Of a stretch of DNA of 64,000 bases, positions 41,801 to 53,446 are shown in pieces. A program made the translations under genes and the position numbers. This DNA is from Trichoplax sp. H2 (lineage: Eukaryota), in the NCBI GenBank assembly GCA_003344405.1, contig NOWV01000011.1:620001-684000 (forward strand). Direction: 5' to 3'. How positions within the stretch are numbered: the stretch's first letter is position 1; the number at the start of each line of letters is the position of its first letter. The notes below the pieces were generated by a model. It was not told the DNA's origin. It saw nothing but the letters and a program-made list of their open reading frames with translations, and made no database searches.

Positions 41801-44800
41801 CAATTAACTGCTCGGTTATATCTTTAACCATAAGCGCTAATTTTTTAAGTGAGGGTGAAAACTCAATCTTGTCGCCAATTAGTGTAACTTTTACACGGAA
41901 TAGCGGATTAGGTGAACTTTTACCATCGCCATTGATAACACGCGATAATTCTTGTAGTGACCATTTAACGTTTAACCTACAAGCCTCCTCGACCATACGG
42001 TCCATTTTTGCAGTATAACTTCTCCAGGAAGATTGTACCTTAAGTAATAAAAGTATTTTATAGCTATCACTATAAAGTAACGTATTGGATGAAACACCGA
42101 AAGAACTATTACTTACATCAGTACCGTCCCCTTTAAAAACTTCATATACTTGTTCCATTTTCTCGACGATGCCATGATGAATTTGCCTTAATTTTCTTTC
42201 TACAATTAGTCTATGCTGAGCCTAATTACAGAAAAATACTTATGATACAGAATTTATTAATGTAGACTATTTTCTTATTTTTAAATTACCTGATCTTCAT
42301 CGAAATCCAAATCGTCGTATACTCTCTTTTTATCCACTCGGACTAATAGCAATTCACTAATACGCTTACATTGATCTGATATCGAAGCATTAGCATTTTT
42401 GTAGTCACTAACGATAGCTTGTATCTAAATAAAATACAAATAAATATCAATGATAGTTAATTGAAACGGCGATCTAATGCAAGTGTACAAGCATTTCCAT
42501 CTAGCATGAAAGTATAAATTACATAAATTATTGTATGTGTAATTAAGCATATTTTCATAGAGCAAATATTGGTAAGCAAATAACCTTGCTGGCGTGTAAT
42601 CGACATTCACCGATAAAGAAATCGGATATGCCTTTAGTTGCCCAAGTTAACTTTGTAAGACCTGGTTGGATTTTCTTATCTAAGTAGCGGATTCTTTCTT
42701 TAAATAAGCCGCGCTCTTCGTTACTTAACGATAGTATGATTCTGAAATTGAATAAAGTAGCAATCCAGATTATAATTTACTATGTTATTCAAGTGAGAAT
42801 CATGGTATAATATTTCAATTTACCCGTTGTAATCACGAATAACTAATAACACGTTTTCGCGTAGTACACGTAAGTCTTCTCGCTTTTGATAGACTTCAGT
42901 AGCATAATGCGGTATTTCAAACATTAATCTCTCCCAGTAGTGAATTTCTGAGAATAGTTTCAATAGAGTTCTACCGAATTAAAAACAGATGTCATAAATA
43001 TTAAATTTGGTATCTATTCTTTTATTTAATCAACACTATTAACTTGAATAAGGCGTATAACTTAGTTATCAGTATGACTCTTGTCCAAATTTAACAATGT
43101 TTAACTCTAAGTGAATACTATTGTGGTGACTTACTTGTCAAAATTTAAATCAAGCATAGCTGGGTATTCAGCACTTCTATGCATTAGAGGTACTTCCAGT
43201 AATTTCATTAATTCCTAATCACATAATGGTATTACAGTTTAATAATGATGAAATAGGATCAACCTAATTAGCATCTAGTGAATTGCTAGATCAATACTTA
43301 CTCTGTCCACTGTACTTGTCCACTCATTGAACATTTTACGAACATATTCGTCTAATGCCTACGATGATCATAATCATATGTGCGGTAACATTTTAGTATT
43401 ACGAATTAAATTTAGTTCTAATTATAATTTAATAAAGTATCATTTATCAGTCATCATATTTGTTAACAAACTTGGCCTAATTGTTGATATTGAGCCCTTA
43501 TTTCGTCGCCAGTGCCAATTTGGGGCAGGAAGAATGCTTTCTCTAAGATCTAATGTGACCAATAACGATGGAATTATAAAGACCGTAGTATACGTTTATA
43601 CAGTAGTTTTATATCTAGAATTGTTTTTAAGATTGGTCCATCAAGACGATGATAATTTCTTTCATGTAATGTTCTGTAAACTTACCTCCATTGGATAATC
43701 TATTCTCTTTTTTAGAGCTCTTGCCCACTGTGCTGAACCAGCATAACGTGGTTCGAAAGGAGATACTGCTGGAGTCTTAGTGTTAAATTCCTTCTTGACT
43801 AAGTTTAATTCCTCATTAAATAGTCCATAGACTTCCACAGTCTTTTTATCAATGGTACGCCTTATAGCCTATACAAAATATAATCAAAAAGAGTCATAAA
43901 TAAATATCACAGGATACAGTGAACTGCGCTCATTACTTAATTTGTTGTATATCTAACCTCTCGTGATGATAAATGGCGGAAGAAATCAAGTAACTCAACA
44001 CCTTCTTCAACAGTTATAATCGTTTCAAAAGCTGATGTTATCACATTTTGCATCATAACTTCTAAATCTTTTATGCCAGTTTTAAATCTATTAGATAGAA
44101 TAATTCATGTCCATTTAAATGTTAAAAGAGTTATTAAATTCACAAAAGTGAGACCGAGTTATATAATGGGTTGTTGTATACGGAAGTACGTTAGTTAAAT
44201 TGAGAATAAATTGTTAATGTCGTTATATGTAATTTTTATGATGGCGTAGACAAATAATGCGATATTGACTTACCTATTGTAATCATCATGCCACGAAGAA
44301 GCCTACCAATACAATTTAATGTGTATAGTTACATTTAATAGATTATGACTGTAGAGTAGTAATAGATGTGATCTAGCATCAAGCTAACCTTAACATCCAA
44401 GATGGTTTTCTTTACATTGCGTAAGATTTGTAAATTTTTATTAAATGTAGCTTCGATTTCCAACAAACTTCTTGTAATGTCAGGTCCACGCAAACCGTGA
44501 AATTGTGGCATTTGAATTTTGTTGCCGTCATGACATCTTGCAAAATGGACTTGACATTCACAAACCTATTAAGGCAATTAAGATTTGATTAGATAAGGTT
44601 GCGATACTATTTATAGGCGAAATATAAAAATGATAATGGTAAGATATAAAAAGTTACCTCTAGTAAATCTCTACAACGTTGAATAAATGCATCAACTTGT
44701 GCAAAAATACTTGTTCGATCTAATACCCATTTTTGTTCGCTAAGATGGTTATGGACCTTACTTATCTAATCGATTACGTAAGAATTATTCTAGTTGTAAT

Positions 44801-47361
44801 ATCTCTTTATAAGCAGGTAAATGATAAATGAGTGATATCTAATCTAGTTTTAAGCCTATTAAGATGAATAAGGATGCAAAATAACCTTATTGTATGTTTC
44901 TTTCCATGATTCACAGCAACTTATACTTTCATTTAATGCCGACGTAGTTTGAACAATTAAACCATTAAAGATGTCATCCAGCGATATTGTATAGCTACAG
45001 CGCTTAATAATTTCATTGCTAACCTATAAATAATTAGTTTTAAAAAGTGTACATATAGTATCAATATATTGACTCTTTTATGTAACGTTATTATTGTTTA
45101 GTTCTATATACTGCATATTTGAGCTTGACTGCTTATAAAATTAATGGATTTATTAGATTTCTTTTTTAGGCTAGTCATGAAAGGTTCGTGGTTGCTATTT
45201 TTAATAATATAATACGACTACAGAACGAAACTGTTACAACTGTTGAGCAATGTTATTAATTACTTATAACTACTACACGTATTAGATTCGTCTAAGTAGA
45301 GTATAATGAATTTTTAAAATTTATTAATTTTATCATAATTAGAATATGAACAAATCTTACTTTTCTAAGTAAGCCAGTTAATCGTTCACGAGAGTTATAA
45401 TACTCAGAATTGATCCAAATCATCCGTATGATGTTCAGAATACGTGGCAACTGAGAACTAATTTCCGACGGAAGAGATTCTGATAGGGTTAAGCAAGGTT
45501 CTTTTAAGGTTGATAAAAATTTCAGATTACTTTGTGCTTGAGCCGAACCATCCTAATATTGTGGTAATATAATATGAATAGCATAGGGTGGTTGATTTTT
45601 TTATTTTGAACGATTAATCGAGTAATTCCTGTCATTACCTGGATTAACTTTGATAGTCTTATAAATGGAGATACATAGGAGGATTTAGCATGCTCTAGTA
45701 TATCTCGAATTCTCTTAACACCTGGCCTATCTAACTGCTCACTAAGACCGGATAAATCTAAACATCGACTTCGCCAAAATTGGATTTCTTCCAATGGCCC
45801 AGAATTTTCATCAGTTTCAACCGCATCTTGATTGCTTAGAACTTCCTTTATTTGACGAGTCCAGTGGATCATAGAGGCTGTTGTTAATAATAAATAATGA
45901 ATTTGCTTAGATATATTAAACATGGGTAAAAAGTGAATGTCATAATATAGATAAGATTTGCTCTAGTAATTTTCTTATGTGACCTTCTAAACGCTGGACT
46001 AATTCTTTATTCTTGACAGCAGCTTCGGCATCGATGTTTAACCCCTCATCAGGTACATATAATACGGTGTGGCCATCCATCCTGTGAGCTGTATCCGTCA
46101 AACTAGCCATAAATTTGTGTGTCTGCGAAGAAAAGTCATTCTTGATACCTGTTGAGATGTTGTGTTAAGGCTATTCTATCCAATTTTTCGTATCTATCGA
46201 TTCCCATACTAACGTCTAACTAAGACGTACTGTTGTCTAGATATTGATAAAATACTTAAGAATAAAAGGATACTGTCAGGCCATGTAGCATTTCGTAGGA
46301 AGAGTGGAGTATATATACTTGACATTAGTCTCAGCAGGCTTTGTATTGAATTTGCCCTAACGGTTCCATATTGTAGCATAGAGTTGATATTGTGCTGCGT
46401 TAGGGTAACTTTGGATGATCGAATGAAGTATGTCATTTCATCAACCTAATGGAAATAAATTCATATCCATTTCGCTTGGTGAGAAGTATTTATAGGTAAT
46501 GGAAAGGTATTACACACCTGATGAGTAGATATTGAATGGGACAAACAGAGGCCATGTTTAGCATCAATGTATCCAATTAGTAAAGGTGTGTTGGGATCAT
46601 CTAAAAATCGTTCCACAACGTCATCGTGCTTTTCGCTCCACATATCAGGATTAAAGTTTCCAAGCAGAAAACGATCTTTCACATAAGAAATCTGATAAAA
46701 TAGATATTATTAGATATCATAGCTAATATAGTGGTGTGATCGTCACAATATCTCAGACCAACAGTAACGTCTAGGCGCTTACACATCTTAAATTCAAACT
46801 GGTTACTGATGTACTGTAGTTAAAGTATTTTGAAACTTTAGATAGGGTGTCAATTTATCCTGTTGTCTTAAGATTCTTAACGGGCAACAAAATAAAATAT
46901 TTGCGTTTTCGAAACATTATTGCATATTTTAAATTATGGGTACTTTACATTAATTATATTACATTGACCAATAGTTACGATTAAAAGTGGCAGTAGATAG
47001 CTAATCTAAATGGCTGTGTTTGGTAATAGACTCCTTTAGATAGGCTATCACTTCTGACTTCTACCAGAACAGTACTTTACATTATCAAATAATAAAAAAT
47101 TGCTTTATCGTAGAATTGATAAATATAGAAAATGATTACCAAATCGATAGCAGGGGCAGATTCTATATTTCCTTCGTCCATTGAACTGCCATTAAGGTGA
47201 TTACTCTGCTGTAGTGTATCGTCCATATTACTAGATGTATCATGTAATAATCCATTTTCCTTAGGAGTGTCTGCATGTAGCGATTCTTCTTTACTGTCTT
47301 GCTTTACAGGAGTTGAACCATTTAATGTGTCGTGAGTATCCGCTTTTACTTCTGTATCCAT
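29843..47361 (-). CDS. DNAH2: Axonemal dynein heavy chain, inner arm I1/f beta type (DNAH2-like), about 32 exons including one of 8546 nt (31789-40334)
   Basis: P-loops GPAGTGKT, GQTESGKT, GPVGTGKT and GIGGSGRR; CFDEFNRI; stalk coiled coil. Tail motifs WPDSIKNDF and GPLEEIQFWRSRC. C-terminus HWIKRGTALLMSLDY* (stop 29843-29845) matches DNAH2-type chains. Nine small 3' exons and about 22 5' exons splice in frame. The start ATG at 47361 is less certain. Confidence 0.92.
46149..46273 (-). other. U12-type (minor spliceosome) GT-AG intron in DNAH2
   Basis: 5' splice site GTATCCTTT. Branch point CCTTAAC (46164-46170) lies 15 nt before the CAG. Splicing restores WPD-S-IKNDF. Confidence 0.8.
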
Positions 47362-47689
47362 ATTGGCTATTTACTATACGAATACTTGTTCAACTGTAGT
47401 AAAAAAGTGTTCGCGGCCCACTGTCCGCGGTAATGTTATTATAATACTCTAAATTTAAATTTGTAAGCTTTGCTTTGGCAATGTTTGTAGCAAGGACAAT
47501 TTGATTTGTTGTATGACGGTCACTATGACCTGTAATAAACGAATGTTTGTGTGCCGTACGTTATATACTGTAGGCGGTTGTATATATTGAATATCAATTT
47601 GTCATACAATATAACGTAGGGTAGTATCCATCTATCTGCTTTTAAAATGCAATCTTAATGAAGAGCTTTAAAGCGACAAATTACGCACG

Positions 47690-47703
47690 GTTACCTTAGC
47701 AAC
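47690..47703. promoter_or_regulatory. RFX X-box upstream of the dynein gene
   Basis: GTTACC-TT-AGCAAC matches the X-box consensus GTNRCC(N0-3)RGYAAC. It lies about 330 bp upstream of the DNAH2 ATG. Confidence 0.65.
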
Positions 47704-47777
47704 CCATTTCCCTCGACTACATTGCATTACTTTAGGTTAAAACTTTGTGCGAAAAGAAAATCGATGCGGTGCACTGC

Positions 47778-47900
47778 AGTGTGCAGTACAGTACGGTACA
47801 GTACAGTACACGTCCGGTAGTCCAATTTTTTTCAGCTCAAGTGCAGTACACAGTACAGTAGGTAAAAGAGGTTTTTGAACAGTACAGTACAGTACTGTAG
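47778..47900. repeat. (CAGTA)n / TACTG degenerate pentanucleotide tract
   Basis: Repeated cagta units (e.g. cagtacagtacggtacagtacagtac and cagtacagtacagtactgtag) interrupted by unique sequence. Confidence 0.85.
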
Positions 47901-48243
47901 TCGGATAAATTGATGATAAAATATTGAGACAAACTCTTCGTTATGGCAGTACTTGCGTATGCAGACGGTCCATTTTGAAATGACTGATGTTTTCTAAATT
48001 AAGTAATATTACATTGAATCTTATTATCTGTTATAAATTTCTGCTTGAAAGCAGTTACATAAGATCGTAGACGCTATTTAAATTAGTACCAGTGATTTAA
48101 AAAACAGCCATGGAAGATTTATGCTAATCATTTGGTAAGGAAAGTCCGCCTGTCTGGTCTGTACAGTAATCCGCCGTTGAGGGGTTGAAAAGAGTTTTGA
48201 ATAAGGGTGGGTTGGTATGAGAATGACTATCACGGACTACTAA

Positions 48244-48352
48244 AATGGTATTTCAGTAGTCCTACTCCAAGGGGGCTTTTACAGTAAGAAAGTACCAATG
48301 GTATTTCAGTAGTCCTACTCTAAGGGGGCTTTTACAGCAAGAAAGTACCAAT
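48244..48352. repeat. 53-bp tandem duplication (2 copies)
   Basis: aatggtatttcagtagtcctactc(c/t)aagggggcttttacag(t/c)aagaaagtacc occurs twice with 2 mismatches. Confidence 0.95.
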
Positions 48353-48561
48353 TTTTCTTGAGTAGTCTCTGGTATTAGGCATACAACACACTGCACAGGG
48401 TACACGTATGAGCTGTATGAGCTACTGCGTAGACTATACGGTATTATATTGTGTACTTGTGAAGCGCTACAATTTCAGTTTTCCACAAGTAAGAAGCTGC
48501 TCTTATTTATCCTGAGCGCAAACATTGCAAAAGCAAAATCATAATGCTGTTTGATAATGTA

Positions 48562-48712
48562 CTTTCATGCAAAGTAGTCTTTTCTAAAATTGTTTTACTG
48601 ATCTTTTACTCAATTCTTATTACTAAACTATTCCCGCTTTCATGCAAAGTAGTCTTGTGTAAAATTGTTTTACTGATCTTTTTACTCAATTCCTTTGACT
48701 AAAATATTCCCG
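48562..48712. repeat. About 75-bp tandem duplication (2 copies)
   Basis: ctttcatgcaaagtagtctt...aaaattgttttactgatctttt...actcaattc...tattcccg starts at 48562 and again at 48637. Confidence 0.93.
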
Positions 48713-48962
48713 GTGCCGATTGACTCCTTACTTCAGTAAAGTGATATTATTCTTTGATAGCAATTTACACTCCACTGCATTGCATAGCACTCTTGATGAA
48801 TTCTTGACAGAGGATTACGATTATGCTGCTAGGGACTACTAAAAAGAGAGAAAACCTTGTGTATCTTTCTAGCAGACTACCAGGCTTGTTCTTGATCTCG
48901 GCAGATCTCCACTTCTCACCTGATGTCAGGCTATGTTTACGGCATTCATTTTAGAGTGGTGT

Positions 48963-49560
48963 CGAGTAGAGTAGAGTCTACTAGAGTACAGTACTGTACA
49001 GTATCAGAGAAGGATATTGTACGTACAGTACTGTACTGTACTGTACAGAGTACTGTACAGTATGAGAGATTGCTTCCAAGTGGTTGTACAGTACTGTACA
49101 CTGTACAGTACAGTACAGTATGATGCAGCCCAGTACAGTACAGTACAATCGCGTACAGTACAGTACAGTACTGTACTGTAAAAGCGACAATGTACTGTAC
49201 AGTACAGTACAGTATCAAAGAAGGACATTGTACTGTACTGTAGAGGTCATTGAGGTACTGTACAGTACTGTAATGACACTATGAGGCAGCACGCTACAAT
49301 CGCGTAATTACAGTACAGTACAGTATGAAGCAGCCCAGTACAGTACAATCGCGTACAGTACAGTACTGTACTGTAAAAGCGACAGTGTACAGTACTGTAG
49401 TGGTCATTGAGGTACTGTACGTAGCGACTTGGATCAAGTTGTACAGTATGAGAAATTGCTTCCAAGTTGTGGTACAGACTAACCGTACTGTACAGTGTAC
49501 AGTACAGTACAACATAATGACAGTATGAGGCAGCACGCTACAATCGCGTATAAAAGTGAC
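48963..49560. repeat. Composite (CAGTA/TACTG)n satellite with recurring short cassettes
   Basis: Dense cagta/tactg units in both orientations separate recurring 10-26 bp words such as caatcgcgta (x4), ggtcattgagg (x2) and attgcttccaag (x2). Confidence 0.95.
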
Positions 49561-49884
49561 CCCTTACCAAGATTGACTGCTATAGCGTAACGAGTGGCAG
49601 AGCGCTTTTGCCGCGTACCCCCTTGTGGCCATTTCTTCCATCAACCGCCATTGATAAACTGCATTTGCTATTAGTAAGTTTCCATAAATTGACAATAATC
49701 CACACATCAGACTTTGAATTGGATTCATCTTTAATTCACCCTATAACTATTATATGCTTTACAGGAAAAATATTTTAAATGACAAAAAACCAGCCTAAGT
49801 AATATGCTATTTAAACAAGGTTGATATTGTACGTAGGTACATCGATAGAGATTGTTAGTGTATTAATACACAAAGTCAGCCAGT

Positions 49885-49907
49885 TGTGTGTGTAGAGAGA
49901 GAGAGAG
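49885..49907. repeat. (TG)n(AG)n microsatellite upstream of ARGLU1
   Basis: tgtgtgtgtagagagagagagag. Confidence 0.8.
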
Positions 49908-50169
49908 ACAGCACTGTTTAAAGACTACAATTACAATCTGATTCGCTTTTTTAATCGATCAATTTTAACCTCGGATGCAGTAAATATCTACCAAATTAAC
50001 ATGTTACTTTTATGTTTACACCATTATCTACAGGAGGAGGACAGTCATTATCCAGCATAGTAAAAAGTTATTTGTGCTGAACGACACTAGGCACCACAAG
50101 CAACTTTTTTTCTGTTGTTCAAGTCGTCGACGTCGGTGAAAATTATCACCACTATTATCGAGAGTCACA

Positions 50170-53100
50170 ATGCCAAGACCCGGTAATTCCAGTTATCGTA
50201 GTCGAAGTCGAAGTCATAGTCCTGCTCGTCGTAATCATTATCGGGATAGATATTACCGCGATAAGCGGAGAAGCCGTAGTCGGACACCTTCGTCTTCTCG
50301 TGGACGCAGTAATAAGCATAATAAAGAGGAAAGTAGGAGCCGTTCCAAAAGTCGAGATATCTTTGGACGTGATATCAATCGTCGTGATATAACTAATAAA
50401 GACGATGATAGAAAGACGTAAGTATCATTGCTTCGGCGGTTAACAACTTATTTTTTGAAATCACTGGATCAAGTCAATCGGAACAGTCTTCCTTTTCATC
50501 CAAGATACGTTGAGCAAGCGACGACGTAGCCCATAATTCTAGGGTATTCGGACGTCATCATTTCAATATTGCACATTACCGACTAATGATAATGAACGAT
50601 AGTATTTAAGAATGATAATCAGACGTGCCTAGTCTAGTCTAGTCATAGATTTATCTTTTATTCTTCGGTAAACGATACAATACTAGGATTATAAACTGGG
50701 CAAGTATACAGTACGGTAGATGCAGTTCAATATTTTACAATTTCTTCGGTTGGATTATCCAATCGCAAAATCGAATCAACGCTCTAACCCTAAATCCTAT
50801 AAATATACTCTAGATTAACGATAACTTAGGTTCATTCTATTTGGATACAGAATTAAACAATTCCATACAGCGTCGCATGGTAAATTACCAGATCTTGAAA
50901 GAACTAAAATAAGTTCGCAAATCATCTTATGCGATAGTGGTCAAATGTACGTTTATAATTAACTGATACGTCAATGGTATATTAACTTATCCGATTACCG
51001 ATCAATCTTAAATGCGATAACCGCTTGCATTGTACGCAAAATATGATAAAGATGCCTTGACTCTTTTGGTTAATTAATAATCGAATCTACTATAATACTA
51101 AAGGGAGGGGTATAGGAGAGAAGCTTTTCATCTTTCATTTTACTATTTTATCCATTTTTTTCAATAGTGGTAGATAATATAATTGAGCTAGGGACTTTGC
51201 AAGTTTTTCAAGAGCGTCTATACGCGTATACGAGTAGATTGTGCAGTATGTGTTTGAACATTAAGAACTTTTTAAGGAGGGTTTATCCCTTAGTGTTGAT
51301 CTCCGGGGTAGTCCGTTGTTTTTGTAAATGCCTTTCCTGTACTACTCAATTTCTGGGAAAGTCCATTTTCTCTTCTCTTCGGTTCAATATTCAGGAAAAG
51401 TTGCTAATAGTGTACCGAAAGTAGTGTAAAAACAATCTTTACCATTAGTTAAATGTGCCTTTTAATGCATTATCTTACCATATGAAGTGATTGAAGACGG
51501 GAGATCAGGTGTAACACGGTCTATCTTGCTAAATAAATTTGCGATAAAGATGCATATACTTACATAGATTCAATGCCAATGTTATTGATAGTGCAACATT
51601 TTCTATATACGATGTTGATAATGCTTAATGGATACGAAATTATAATATCGATGAAATTCATGTTAGCTTATGTGTTCGAGTTATGGACAACGTAGGACCG
51701 TAAATTAATGGATGCTTATTTGTAATACATTCTACTCTACTAACTGTCTCCTATTTGATTTCCTTCTTGCAATGTAGACTCAGCCGGGCTGAAATAGAAG
51801 GTACGTTTGTTCATATTGTAGTAGATATTTGCTTGATCATCATGCAGTAACAAGATATTGCTTAATTGATTCAATTATCATGGCATAGTTTGTCTTACCT
51901 TAAGGTTATCAAATCACGTGCAATCGACTATTTATGTATGTTAAAAAAATTATGATGCCCTACAACCTAGAAGGATCTTTACGGTTTACCAATTTTTGCA
52001 TAGAGGAAGACATAACACTTCGTAATGTTCAAAAATTTTTCTTAACATTGTAGTATGTAATACGCTTTGAAGGTATTCAAAAGTCATTCTATATAGAAGT
52101 AACCTTAACAATTACCTGTATCGTTAATTACATAGAATTGTAGTAATGCTAAGGATATTACGATACTATTAAGAATCAAATGGTTAGTCGTCAGTACGTT
52201 GTTAGTAAAATAAAAATTTATCTATTTAATTAAATCAAAGGGAATGTCGAAATGGAAGTGATGCGCCGTGTTGCTGAAGCCAAGTTATTAATGGAGAAAA
52301 AACTTCAAGAAGAATATGATAGGAAATACGAGCTTGCTGTATCTGAACTACAAATGAAAGAGGTCATACGATACCATGTTTATAGCTGTTAAATATTTTT
52401 GGTTATAATGTGTAGTCCCAATCTTAACTACAACAATTCGTATGAAGGAGAAGAGCAATTTGTTATTATAGGGTGATTGAAGATATGCGATAATTAACTC
52501 TTTATTGATTACCGTATTTACAGATCCTTGCATCTAGTATTTTTATTTTAATCAATTTCGATAAAGTTTAGATAACATCAAGAGCTGATCGGACTCAGAT
52601 TAGCCAAAGCACAACCCTCTCCATTCACCATTAGTTGGAAGAAAATTTCATTGTTACTATTGTCTGCACAAAAGTGATTGCAGTCATATTAGAACCATTT
52701 TCATTGTGAAATATCAAGACAGGTTTTACTGTACAATTTTCTATCATGTACGTTGTACTCTATACTTATATATTAAATAATAAAGATTTGGTGAGACCAA
52801 CATCGATACTATTGCTCGCTACAGTTATCCAACTTGATAATCATTCTATCATACATTTATAATCTCACTGAAGTTAGCGGAATTATGAGTTGGTTGGTAT
52901 TTAAATTTTTCAAAGTATTTACAGGTAGTAGAATGTAAGTTCATGTAATCGTAAAACTTTTGTGTTGTATTGGCGATAGCACACACGTCACACTTGAGCC
53001 TGAACTCAATTTGCCGACGTTCTGAACTTCAGTAAGGTGGTATGTTGATAAATAGTAGTGCACATACTTACATATTGTATGCTATTGTGCTACTGTAGGC

Positions 53101-53446
53101 AACAGAGCGTGACAAACTCCAGGAAGAGAAACAAGCAGTAGAAGGAGAGAAAAAAGTATTGGAAGAAGCTCAAGCAAAACTGGTAAATAGGCTTTAGTAT
53201 GTATGTTAACCTAAATTTAAATTACCTGAAATGAATAACGATAAAATGTATATTATCATTGTGGTATTTTAGGCGGAAGAACGCCTTGCTCTTTTAGAGC
53301 AGCAAAGACATCTTAATCAACAAAAAGTAAATATAAGTAAAGAAAAGAAACGATTAGAAAAATTAGAGCAGGAGTTAATCCTTAATAAAAGCAAGCAAGC
53401 CCGCCCTAAGTTATCGTTTAACATAAAGCAGAAGAGTATTTTGTAA
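50170..53446 (+). CDS. ARGLU1: Arginine- and glutamate-rich protein 1. Exons 50170-50417, 51778-51800, (52004-52021), 52241-52362, 53099-53182, 53273-53446
   Basis: RS-rich N-terminus ending DIFGR; EVMRRVAEAKLLMEKKL; an 84-nt exon ending EAQAKL; last exon AEERL...EQELILNKSKQARPKLSF, the ARGLU1 C-terminal signature. The two microexons are the least certain part. Confidence 0.88.

Noticed and set aside
32587-42018. Short antisense or alternative-frame ORFs within the dynein exons
   Set aside because: Shadow ORFs of a long coding sequence, with no recognisable motifs.
48923-49536. Cluster of overlapping ORFs rich in YSTVQ/TVLYC
   Set aside because: These are translations of the stop-poor CAGTA/TACTG pentamer repeat in several frames, with no protein-like complexity.
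48963-49560. CRISPR-like repeat-spacer appearance
   Set aside because: Linkers are variable-length microsatellite, the spacers recur, there are no cas genes, and the context is eukaryotic.
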